This document shows, one piece after another, positions 36,731 through 44,792 of a stretch of 58,994 bases of DNA (the stretch's first letter is position 1; the number at the start of each line of letters is the position of its first letter). A program made the position numbers and the translations under genes. Origin of the DNA: a virus (Duplodnaviria > Caudoviricetes); the IMG/VR virus record IMGVR_UViG_3300045778_000157, positions 1-58,994 of that record. One strand, 5' to 3'. Below the pieces are notes generated by a model, which had not been told where the DNA came from, did not search any database, and was given only the letters and a program-made list of their open reading frames with translations.

Positions 36731-37378
36731 ATGAACCGCAAGCACAACCGCCGCGCCACCAAGGCGCCGAACGCCCCGAGACAGGCCATCCCGCCCGCCG
36801 ACTCTCGCAAGGACGGCCTGAAGGCGCAGATGAAAGCCCTGCGCGCCAAGGCCATGAAGGAAGAGGTCGCCACCTACGGCGGACGCGCCGACGGCGGCAT
36901 GGGCGCCGCGATCACGGTCGACATGGTGGACGTGAACGGCAACCTGTCTCGCTTCGGAGCGGTGGTCGGCTGGGATCTCTGCCACCCCGTGAAGCGCGAA
37001 CTCTCCGACGCCGAGAAGGAGACGCGCATCGCCCGCCAGCGCGAGTTGCTGTCCATGGCGAACAAGGACGGGCGCAGCCTGTTCGCGCCGCCGCCGCTCA
37101 CCGAAGAACAGAAGGACGTGGCGGCGAAGGTCGCCGCGCTTGTCGAGAAGGTTCAGACGCACGGCACGGCCATCGGCGCGTCCGTGGACAAGGTGGAGTC
37201 CGTCGAGACCACCGCCGGGGACGGGAGCAAGACCGTGACGCTCCACGTGTCCGATAAGCCGTCCAGGTGCGACCACGTGTTCAAGGGGTGGCGCGCCTTC
37301 GACGACGGGCGCGGCGGCGAGGCCGTCTGCGAGAAGTGCGGCGTCGGCGCCTTCGAGGCCACCGACGTTTGGGGATGA
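36731..37378 (+). CDS. Hypothetical protein with Arg-rich N-terminus and C-terminal Cys/His cluster
   Basis: MNRKHNRRA...CDHVF...CEKCG. Confidence 0.65.
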   Translation: MNRKHNRRATKAPNAPRQAIPPADSRKDGLKAQMKALRAKAMKEEVATYGGRADGGMGAAITVDMVDVNGNLSRFGAVVGWDLCHPVKRELSDAEKETRIARQRELLSMANKDGRSLFAPPPLTEEQKDVAAKVAALVEKVQTHGTAIGASVDKVESVETTAGDGSKTVTLHVSDKPSRCDHVFKGWRAFDDGRGGEAVCEKCGVGAFEATDVWG

Positions 37379-37419
37379 CGAAAAAAACGCGGCCACGCGA
37401 TCTTTTTTCGCGTGGCCGC

Positions 37420-37448
37420 TTGCAATAGTCTAATATTAGGCGTAACGT
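37420..37448 (+). promoter_or_regulatory. Sigma70-like promoter with palindromic operator
   Basis: TTGCAA-N17-TAACGT; GTCTAATATTAGGCGTA is identical to 29869-29885. Confidence 0.7.
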
Positions 37449-37493
37449 TCGAATCACGGCCTTCCAAGGGGCCGCAACACAGGGAACTCAGTC

Positions 37494-37838
37494 ATGGCCT
37501 CCTACAACCCCGCCAAGTGCTACACCCACACCGCCAGCCACGAACTCGTCGACGCCGAGGGCTACGAGTTCGAAGTCGAGGTCACCATCGACTTCGACGC
37601 CTACGCCGCCGAGCCGGACTCCTGGGACTGCCCCGGCCACGACGCGGGCGTGCACATCCTCGGGGTCTACGCCAAGCGCGTGGACGACGGCGCCGCCTAC
37701 GAACTCTCCGACGCCGAAGAGGCGGAAGTCCTCGAAGCCGTCGGTGACGCCGCCTTGCTCGACCACGCCGAGCCGGAAGAGCGCGACTGGGACGCCGTCC
37801 GCAAGGAACGCCTCGAAGAGCCGCAGCTTTACGACTGA
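37494..37838 (+). CDS. Acidic hypothetical early protein
   Basis: 114 aa, very Asp/Glu-rich; has its own promoter and terminator. Confidence 0.7.
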   Translation: MASYNPAKCYTHTASHELVDAEGYEFEVEVTIDFDAYAAEPDSWDCPGHDAGVHILGVYAKRVDDGAAYELSDAEEAEVLEAVGDAALLDHAEPEERDWDAVRKERLEEPQLYD

Positions 37839-37859
37839 GGCGCACGGCCAGGAACGACG

Positions 37860-37895
37860 AAACCCCCGAGGCGGATTCCTCGGGGGTTTTTCTTT
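37860..37895 (+). terminator. Intrinsic terminator
   Basis: aaacccccgagg-cggatt-cctcgggggttt plus a T tract. Confidence 0.8.
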
Positions 37896-37923
37896 GCCTT
37901 GCGCTCTCGGTTATGACGCTGCC

Positions 37924-38077
37924 TTGCGGCGAAACTTGGCGGGGGGCGAGACCAGAGTATCGGCCCCCCGCGTGGATCGTCAGGATTCCAAGCCGACGAT
38001 CCGGCGGCTTCGGCGAAAGGGAACATCGCAGAAGCCCGCCCGTGAACCCTTATCTCACTGCCGATCGCCTAAAGCAA
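37924..38077 (+). ncRNA. Candidate multi-stem structured RNA upstream of the recombinase
   Basis: Closing stem plus four internal hairpins and AAGGG/CCCUU loop-loop complementarity, folded by eye. Confidence 0.5.
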
Positions 38078-38173
38078 CCCTTGTCCTGCAAACAAGGTTT
38101 CCAAAAAGTTGCGGGGGGCTGGAGGAAGGCGGAATGTCGGGATATCGTAATGGACTAACGCAGGTCGAAAACC

Positions 38174-39265
38174 ATGGAACCCACCCGAACCCCCGAGACG
38201 GACGCCGCGTATCTCTTCGCGGGAAAGCGGCATCTGCGCCGCGCCAAGGCTGCGCGCCCCGACCTGACGGACTTGGACGACCTTCTGATCGCCCTCGTCG
38301 AGGACGACCTTTCGGTGCTGAAGCCGTCCACGTCGCGGCTCTACAAGGCCGAATTGCTCTCCGTGCTGCGCTGGGCCGTGGCCGAGGGGAAGCTGTCCCA
38401 GGCGGCTTCCACGGCGGCTGCGGAGCGCATCGCCCGCGCCCTGTTCGGACGTCGCGGAACCCCCGAGCGTCGGCTGGCGTCGAAGAAGGTGCGGGACGCG
38501 AGGGAGGACGAGATAACGAAGGTGCTGCACCACCTCATCCACACCTCCAGGGGCCGCACCTCCGATCAGATGGCCGTCGATGGCATCCTCCCGCTGTGGC
38601 TGATCGTCGCCCCCCGCGTCGGGCTGCGGCCAATCGAATGGACGACCGCCAGGGTCGAAGGCAAGTTCGTGGTCGTCCAGTGCGCCAAGGCCACCAACGG
38701 GCGCGGCGCGGCCAAGGTGCGGCGGGTCGACCTGTCCGCGATGGAGAAGCGGGTGCGCGAGGGAACCGCCGTGTTCTGCCGCGCCTTCCCCGCCGCCTTG
38801 GCGCGCCACGAGGGCGACTGGAAGGCGTTTCGCAAGGTCTTGGCGGAGCGCCTCGCCCGCGCCTGTCAGACGTGCGGGGTGCGGCGCCTGTCGCTCTACA
38901 CCTTCCGCCACGTCGCGCTGTCCACGTGGAAGGCCGCGGGCCTGGACAAGGAAGTGGTCGCCGCCCTCGCCGGCCACGCCTCCACCGAGACCGCCGTGCA
39001 ATACGCCCCGGGCAAGGCGGGGTGGAAGAACCAGAGCCTCCCCAAGCCGGAGTCCGCGCTCGTCAGGAGGATCGCCGAGGCCAACGGCATCGCCGGAGAC
39101 CCCGACTTCGGCGCCGACGACGACGTTTCCGCCGACGCCGCCTCCTACGATTACGACTACACGCCGGAGGCCGAACTCAACCCCGATATCGACGGGGAAG
39201 AGTTGGACTGGCGCCACGACCTTGAGGACTACGCCGCCGACGAGCCGGACGTTCCCGAAGAGTGA
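38174..39265 (+). CDS. Atypical tyrosine recombinase with acidic tail
   Basis: GLRPIE (R), AKATNG (K), LYTFRH (YxxR), LAGH (H), AVQY (Y). Confidence 0.85.
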   Translation: MEPTRTPETDAAYLFAGKRHLRRAKAARPDLTDLDDLLIALVEDDLSVLKPSTSRLYKAELLSVLRWAVAEGKLSQAASTAAAERIARALFGRRGTPERRLASKKVRDAREDEITKVLHHLIHTSRGRTSDQMAVDGILPLWLIVAPRVGLRPIEWTTARVEGKFVVVQCAKATNGRGAAKVRRVDLSAMEKRVREGTAVFCRAFPAALARHEGDWKAFRKVLAERLARACQTCGVRRLSLYTFRHVALSTWKAAGLDKEVVAALAGHASTETAVQYAPGKAGWKNQSLPKPESALVRRIAEANGIAGDPDFGADDDVSADAASYDYDYTPEAELNPDIDGEELDWRHDLEDYAADEPDVPEE

Positions 39266-39894
39266 CCGTTCCGCACGGCCATCACCGACGCCACCGGGAA
39301 GAGCGCCAGCACGGCCTGGACGAGCGGATGGGTCAATTCCCGCGCCGTCGCCAAGGGGGCGTCCTTGGCCCTCTGCGCGGGGCTGCGGAGCGGGTTCGGC
39401 GGCATCATCGGCGGCGTGTCGAGGGTGCGCGCCACGGGCGCGGTCTTCCGCTCGGCGGGGGCGGACGGGAGGTAGTCGCGCCCGCCGCAATACATCGCCT
39501 CCAACTCGTCGTCGGTCGGCGGCGGCGGGAGGTCGGCGGGCTCCTGCGGCATCGGCGGCGCGCTCTTGGCGAGGATCCACGCCCTGCACCTCCGGCCCAT
39601 GTCCGACGTCGGGCGCGCCTCGTTCTTCAGCGACTCGATTCCGAGTTCGGCGTACATCGCCGCCTTGTCGAGGCCGTGCTCCCGCAGCGAGGCGAAGATC
39701 GCCTTGCGCGTCCTGTCGTCGAGCGGCGCCTTGGCGTCGCGCTCGGCCTGGAGTTTGGCGATCAGCGAGGACGCGTCCGCCAGAGTCTCCGGCTTGCCGC
39801 CCACCTGGATCCACTGCTTGCCCAGCTGCCCCATGAGGTCGTCGAGCCACGCCAGCTGCCGTTCGGACGGCTTCTTCTCTTCGAGTCTGTTCAT
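39229..39894 (-). CDS. Hypothetical protein
   Basis: 221 aa; PSERQLAWL...ASSLIAKL N-terminus; HPLVQAVLALFP C-terminus. Confidence 0.65.
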   Translation of the reverse strand: MNRLEEKKPSERQLAWLDDLMGQLGKQWIQVGGKPETLADASSLIAKLQAERDAKAPLDDRTRKAIFASLREHGLDKAAMYAELGIESLKNEARPTSDMGRRCRAWILAKSAPPMPQEPADLPPPPTDDELEAMYCGGRDYLPSAPAERKTAPVARTLDTPPMMPPNPLRSPAQRAKDAPLATARELTHPLVQAVLALFPVASVMAVRNGHSSGTSGSSAA

Positions 39895-40313
39895 TTGGTG
39901 TTCCCTTCAAGCTGCTCCACCTTGGCGTGGAGGATCTCAATATCGGCTTCCCGTGCGGAGATTTCAAGCAACGCCTTGCCGTTGGCGATCCGCGCCCGCC
40001 CGAGAAGGGCGCGCAGTTCGCGAATGTCGCGCCGCAGCGCGGAGTTATCGTTGCGGGCCTTCTCCAGCGCGTCCGCCGCGCCCGCCTCGCGGAACACCGG
40101 GTCGCGGAACCGCTCGTATTTGCCCTCGGCGCGGTCGAACCGCACCCCGAAGGCCTCCATGATGCGGCGCGAGACCCCGATCTGCCCGTTCACGAAGCGC
40201 GAGATCTGCGCCTCCTTCACGTCGGTGATGAGGGCAAGCTGACGCTGCCCGCCGTGCCTCTCCGCCACGTCGGCGACGTGCTTGCGGAACTCGGTCTGCG
40301 ACATGAAGGCCAT
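39891..40313 (-). CDS. HTH plus coiled-coil protein
   Basis: GQRQLALITDVKEAQISRFVNG; start inferred at MAFMSQ. Confidence 0.65.
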   Translation of the reverse strand: MAFMSQTEFRKHVADVAERHGGQRQLALITDVKEAQISRFVNGQIGVSRRIMEAFGVRFDRAEGKYERFRDPVFREAGAADALEKARNDNSALRRDIRELRALLGRARIANGKALLEISAREADIEILHAKVEQLEGNTK

Positions 40314-42037
40314 CACTTGCCTCCCCTCTGCGGGATCCAGCGACCGTCCGAGGTCTTGGTCCACTTCGGCTTGTCCTTCTTCGCCTTGATCGCGCCGGCG
40401 AACTGCTGCGTCCGCGACACGCTGAACGTGCGGCACTCCGTGTCGAAGTCGAACTCCACCACGCCTGGGACGCCGCAGTTCTCCTGATCGCGGATCTTCT
40501 TCACGAACACCCCCGAAACCTTGTCCACCGTCACGTCGCCGAGGCGCGTGATGATGATGCCGAAGTCCGCCTTGTTCTGAAAAGCCGCCGTGTCCGCCAT
40601 GTCGTAGAGGGTGATATCCTCCGGCGCCTTCTCCGCGCCCGCCTTGGTCGGGTGCCCGACGAGGATCACCATGACGTTCATGCGCCGGCCCCACTTCTTC
40701 AGGGCGAGGATGGCGCGGTTGGCGTATTCCGTCATCGTCTCCTTCGCGCTCTTGCGATGCTCGATCTCGTTCCATGGGTCGACGAGGGCCACCTTGATCC
40801 CGTGCCTGATCACCGCCACGTCGAGGCGCGACAGGAGCCAGTCGAAGTCGGCCTCCTCGTCCGCGTCGTCGGACGGGGCGACGAACACGAAATGGTCGCG
40901 GGTGAAGTCCCACGCCATCTGCTTCATTTCGTCGTTCCACCGCGCCCGCGGCTCTCCGAGAGCCGTCGATCCGATGATGCCCTTGAGGATGTGCATGGAC
41001 ATTTCGCGGCTGAAGACGCCGATCTTCCACCCCTGTTCGAGCGCAAGCTGCGACACGAACTGCGTCGTCCACGCGCTCTTGCCGGCCCCCGCCAGTCCGG
41101 TGACGATGACCAGCGCGCCGAGATACGGCTTGAAGTGCGCGTCCATTTCCTTCCACCCCGACGACACGCATTCGGGCGGTTCCTCGTCCGGCATTTCGTC
41201 GAGCGTGTAGACTCCCGAAATGGGGTAGGGCCTGGCGACCTTCAGCATCGCGTCGATGCCCTCCCACCCGCGCTTCTCGAACACCTCGTTGGCGTCCTTG
41301 GCGAGGCGCATTTCGCCCGTCTTTCCGTCCTTCGCCCACACGTCCTTCGGCCACGCCACGAAGCCGCAGCGCACCCGCCCGAGGCGGCGCACCAGTTCCG
41401 CGCCGAGGCGGCGTCCCGGGGCGTCGTTGTCCGTCATGATGACGATGCGCTTGACGTTGGCGAGGCGGTCCCACGACGCGGACACGAACTTGAACGCCTT
41501 GTCGTTCTCCACGTCGATATCGTCCGCCGTGTCCGGCACGACCACCTCGTTGCCGTTCTCGTCCACCCCGGGCAGGTTCGCGCCGTTCGGCACCGACACG
41601 CACGGCCACCCCAGTTGCTTGAGGGTGAGGCAGTCGATCTCTCCCTCCACGATGGTGAGCGGCTTGGCGCCGGAGAGGACGTCGGGATGTTCGAGGTCCG
41701 CCGAGTTGAAGAACGCCGGCTTGGGCTTGGCGCGCTGGGTGAACTTCTTCCCCTTCTCGCGGTACTTCTCGGCGACGACCGCGCCCCTGTCGATGACGGG
41801 GAACACCAGCACCTTGCCGTTCGCGTCGGGGACGACCTCGAACGTCTCTTTGGGGCCGTTCTCCGTCTCCTTAAAGATGCCAGTTCCCTGCCACCTTCCG
41901 CTGAAGAGACCCGTATCCGCCGCCGTTGCGGCCTCGATCCCCCGCGTTTCCAGCCACGCGAGGTGCATTTCGGAAATCGCCTTGGCGCCCGTCGCCTTTT
42001 TCGTGCTGTTCATAGTATTTCCCTTCTTCGTAGCCAC
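40313..42037 (-). CDS. TOPRIM primase-SF4 helicase (T7 gp4/Twinkle-like) lacking a Zn finger
   Basis: VEGEIDCL, SVPNGA, DNDAPG, KDANE, TGLAGAGKS, VDPWN, HPTK; start may be 42013. Confidence 0.9.
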   Translation of the reverse strand: MATKKGNTMNSTKKATGAKAISEMHLAWLETRGIEAATAADTGLFSGRWQGTGIFKETENGPKETFEVVPDANGKVLVFPVIDRGAVVAEKYREKGKKFTQRAKPKPAFFNSADLEHPDVLSGAKPLTIVEGEIDCLTLKQLGWPCVSVPNGANLPGVDENGNEVVVPDTADDIDVENDKAFKFVSASWDRLANVKRIVIMTDNDAPGRRLGAELVRRLGRVRCGFVAWPKDVWAKDGKTGEMRLAKDANEVFEKRGWEGIDAMLKVARPYPISGVYTLDEMPDEEPPECVSSGWKEMDAHFKPYLGALVIVTGLAGAGKSAWTTQFVSQLALEQGWKIGVFSREMSMHILKGIIGSTALGEPRARWNDEMKQMAWDFTRDHFVFVAPSDDADEEADFDWLLSRLDVAVIRHGIKVALVDPWNEIEHRKSAKETMTEYANRAILALKKWGRRMNVMVILVGHPTKAGAEKAPEDITLYDMADTAAFQNKADFGIIITRLGDVTVDKVSGVFVKKIRDQENCGVPGVVEFDFDTECRTFSVSRTQQFAGAIKAKKDKPKWTKTSDGRWIPQRGGK

Positions 42038-42230
42038 AGTGGTGGCAATGGCAGACCACGCCTTCGCGGTCGATCTTCACCGCCAGAACCTTGGTGTTCT
42101 GGTTGTGTTTCTTGCGCGAGGCGGAACACGTCGGGCAGGTCGTCCGGTATTCCCCCTCGCTCGTCGACCGCATCTGCCGCGTGTCGATGCCGAGTTCGTT
42201 CAACAGTTCGGAGGCCGAGCGGATTCGCAT
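41871..42230 (-). CDS. Stand-alone primase zinc-binding domain
   Basis: CPTC...CHHCG; overlaps the primase start in another frame. Confidence 0.75.
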   Translation of the reverse strand: MRIRSASELLNELGIDTRQMRSTSEGEYRTTCPTCSASRKKHNQNTKVLAVKIDREGVVCHCHHCGYEEGKYYEQHEKGDGRQGDFRNAPRVAGNAGDRGRNGGGYGSLQRKVAGNWHL

Positions 42231-42240
42231 GGCGGTCCTC

Positions 42241-43149
42241 CTAGCGTCCGGCCGTGGGGAGGCTCGTCTTGCCCGCCCATGAGGACTGAGCGGGCCGCGT
42301 CCCGCCGCTCTTCGAGCCGTTCTGCCCCGTGGCGAGGACGGCCTCGCGCTGCTTCTTCACCACGCCCATGCACCACCCGAGCGGGTCGGCCTTGCCCTGC
42401 CTGTGGGCGTCCGCCACGATGCCGAGCAAGGCGCCCGCGTGGCTGTCTCCGCCCAGCAGCTTGAGCATCTGCCCGATGGACGAGCGCACGTTGGCGTCCG
42501 ACTTCCTACCGTCCTCCGAGAGGTAGGCGCGGCACTTGTCGCCGAACAGACGCTCCTTCGGGTCGATGCCCATCAGCCCGTCCGCCTCGGGGGAAGCCTT
42601 CGGCTGTTCCTGCGCCGAAGGGACGGCCTGGGCCTTCGCCTCCAACGCGTGAACGGGCGAAGCCGAGCCCGCCTCGTCCGCTTGCGGCGGGGCCGTATCT
42701 TTAGATACGGAATAAGGTGACTCTGACTCTGACTCTGAAACGGGCGCGCGATGCATTGCGTCCGCATCGGCGGTATCGTTGTTTTTCAACGACTTACCCC
42801 AGCGTTTCGCCGCGTTATCAGCCGCCTTTACGGCCTTTATCGAGGCCTTATCGGCCTCCTTTCCCTGTCTTTCATTGACGAAACCCGCCTCGGTGAGGAC
42901 GAAGAAGCGGGGCAGGATCTTGTCCAGCAGGGTGTGGGCCTTCCTGTGGTGGAAGTCGGCGATCTTGCTCTGCAACAGGCGGGTGAGGACGGTGCGGTCG
43001 GCGGGCAGGACGCAGCCGACGAGGTGCCAGGCGCACATGAGAAGCACCATGTAGACGCCGTGTTCCTCCGCCGTCAGGTCGAACGTGTCGGCCAGATAGT
43101 CGGTCGGATAGAGCGGCATCCACGCCATTTTCGTGGATTTGTTCGACAT
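42241..43149 (-). CDS. Replication initiator (DUF1376/YdaU-like)
   Basis: WMPLYPTDYLADTFDLTAEEHGVYMVLL...AAKRW; internal repeats typical of an embedded origin. Confidence 0.85.
   Translation of the reverse strand: MSNKSTKMAWMPLYPTDYLADTFDLTAEEHGVYMVLLMCAWHLVGCVLPADRTVLTRLLQSKIADFHHRKAHTLLDKILPRFFVLTEAGFVNERQGKEADKASIKAVKAADNAAKRWGKSLKNNDTADADAMHRAPVSESESESPYSVSKDTAPPQADEAGSASPVHALEAKAQAVPSAQEQPKASPEADGLMGIDPKERLFGDKCRAYLSEDGRKSDANVRSSIGQMLKLLGGDSHAGALLGIVADAHRQGKADPLGWCMGVVKKQREAVLATGQNGSKSGGTRPAQSSWAGKTSLPTAGR
42719..42875. repeat. Putative replication origin within the initiator gene
   Basis: 3x GACTC, TGCGTCCGCAT, IHF-like TTTCAACGACTTA and 11-bp phased tatc/tttc repeats. Confidence 0.6.
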
Positions 43150-43225
43150 TTCTTGGAACTCCCTTGGCGCGCCCCACGGGGGAATCGGGCGCGGTGTCTA
43201 AAAATTGATCGAATGGCGGAACGTG

Positions 43226-43684
43226 TCAACGACCATTTTTCGGTTTCGAAGAATCTTGATATCCGTTCTTGTGCTCCCGCCGCAGATCGTCGAGGTGCAA
43301 CATGCTGGCGACCTGTCCCGACCCCCGCGTCAGTTCCGTGGCCGTCTCGTCCGCGTCCATCCGCTCGTCCACGTAGAAGTCCACGTCGCGGATCCCCGAC
43401 GTCGAGTAGCCCTTGAGGCGCGAGTAGTGGATCCGCACCCCGAACGGCGCCACCGCCTCCCTCGCGTAGTCCGAGAACTTCGGGAGTTCCTTCTGGCGGA
43501 TGCCCAGGGCCTTCACCATCGCGAGGCTCGGCACGTCGAGCGGCCAGTGCTCCGCGAACACGGCAAGCATCCGCCATCCGCACGTCGCGAGGCGGACGAA
43601 CGCCCCGTCGATCCTGCAATCGCGGCGGTGTTCGTCCTCGAACAGTTCGATCACGGCCCCTGGGCGGCTGCTGTCGATGCTCAC
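43226..43684 (-). CDS. Hypothetical protein (possible winged helix)
   Basis: 152 aa; ATGA-coupled to the GcrA-like gene. Confidence 0.55.
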   Translation of the reverse strand: MSIDSSRPGAVIELFEDEHRRDCRIDGAFVRLATCGWRMLAVFAEHWPLDVPSLAMVKALGIRQKELPKFSDYAREAVAPFGVRIHYSRLKGYSTSGIRDVDFYVDERMDADETATELTRGSGQVASMLHLDDLRREHKNGYQDSSKPKNGR

Positions 43685-44049
43685 TTGGCCTTTCCCGTGT
43701 AGGCGATGCGGTGGTGGCTGTCGCAGTAATGCCTACCCCTGCCCGTCGTCCCGCCGCAATAGCCGAAGTCCTCCGCCCCGACGTCGCCGAGCGGCCACAT
43801 GCACGTCATGCCGAACACGGTGGATTCGATGGCGAGGGTGCCGTCGCGGGCCTCGAACAGTTCGAGGACGCGCCTGGGGAGGTTCGTCTCGACCCTGCGC
43901 GTCTTCGAGCCGTAGCGTTCGGCGAGGATGCCCGCCGCGTGGAGGGACGACACCCGACCGATCACGGCGGAGCGCGACAGGCCGACCTTCTCCGAAATGG
44001 CGGTGGCCGAAGCCCCGTCCTCGAACAGGTGGATTATTTCCTCTTCCAC
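43681..44049 (-). CDS. gcrA: GcrA-like cell-cycle regulator
   Basis: GASATAISEKVGLSRSAVIGRV N-domain; TCMWPLGD...FGYCG...YCDSHHRIAY C-domain. Confidence 0.85.
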   Translation of the reverse strand: MEEEIIHLFEDGASATAISEKVGLSRSAVIGRVSSLHAAGILAERYGSKTRRVETNLPRRVLELFEARDGTLAIESTVFGMTCMWPLGDVGAEDFGYCGGTTGRGRHYCDSHHRIAYTGKAK

Positions 44050-44086
44050 GTCGCTTCTGCCCCGCCGTTTTTTGACGGACTCCGGG

Positions 44087-44626
44087 CTAGAACTCCCAAC
44101 GAAAGGGCTCTGCCCCCTCTATCGTGTTCGGCGCGGAGATCACCACCACGCCCGCCGACTCGAACACGATGGGGCCGGAACCGGATTCTTCCAAGCCCTC
44201 GTCCTCGAAGGCCGGAGAGGCGCCCATCACCCCGCTCTCGCGCAGGATCTCCGGCTCGTCGTAGTCGGCGAAGGCCTCCACCATCGGCGAACCCTCGAAC
44301 GCGTCGTCGGGGTGCGTCTCCCCCGCTTCGATGGGCTTCGGAGCCTCGGTGAGGACGGCCGGCGACAGCTTCGGCCTGGGCAGCGTGAACCTGCCGAGCA
44401 TCGGCCACGCCACCCCCTCGGGCCAGCGTCCCGCGAAGTCCGTCACCACCGCGTCGTAGGTCTTCAGCGTGAGTCCGGCCTTCGAGTTGGGCAGGATCTT
44501 CTTGCAGAACTTCGCGTCGTTCACGCAGGAGCGGCGGCACACCGTGGCTGGCGACAGCTTCGACCACGCGGAATATCGCGAAACGATTTCAAACAGGTGC
44601 GCCTTGGCTGCGGCTTCCAACATCAT
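44087..44626 (-). CDS. Cro-like regulator of alphaproteobacterial phage type
   Basis: SPATVCRRSCVND...LTLKTYDAVVTDFAGRWPEGVAWP; heads the replication operon. Confidence 0.6.
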   Translation of the reverse strand: MMLEAAAKAHLFEIVSRYSAWSKLSPATVCRRSCVNDAKFCKKILPNSKAGLTLKTYDAVVTDFAGRWPEGVAWPMLGRFTLPRPKLSPAVLTEAPKPIEAGETHPDDAFEGSPMVEAFADYDEPEILRESGVMGASPAFEDEGLEESGSGPIVFESAGVVVISAPNTIEGAEPFRWEF

Positions 44627-44718
44627 CGAACCCCGAGAACTTTGTTAACGATTCTTGGATAGGGTGAGATTTCGCCCTCTCGCAATGAGGTTGGTGTGGG
44701 AAGGTTCCCAAGAACCGC

Positions 44719-44747
44719 TTGACGCGTTCTTCAAATCGATCCATAAC
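44719..44747 (+). promoter_or_regulatory. Sigma70-like promoter
   Basis: TTGACG-N17-CATAAC. Confidence 0.6.
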
Positions 44748-44792
44748 AACAGTTATGAAACCGCTCCAAGGCGGTTTAGAAGGGAGCATCAC

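Noticed and set aside
37389-37419. Protelomerase target or hairpin telomere
   Set aside because: Only a 12-bp stem with a loop after a stop codon, better explained as a terminator-like hairpin; the recombinase lacks protelomerase-type motifs
37924-38077. tRNA, C4 antisense RNA or cobalamin riboswitch
   Set aside because: No T-loop/acceptor geometry, and I could not match the conserved boxes of these families by eye; an Rfam search is still needed
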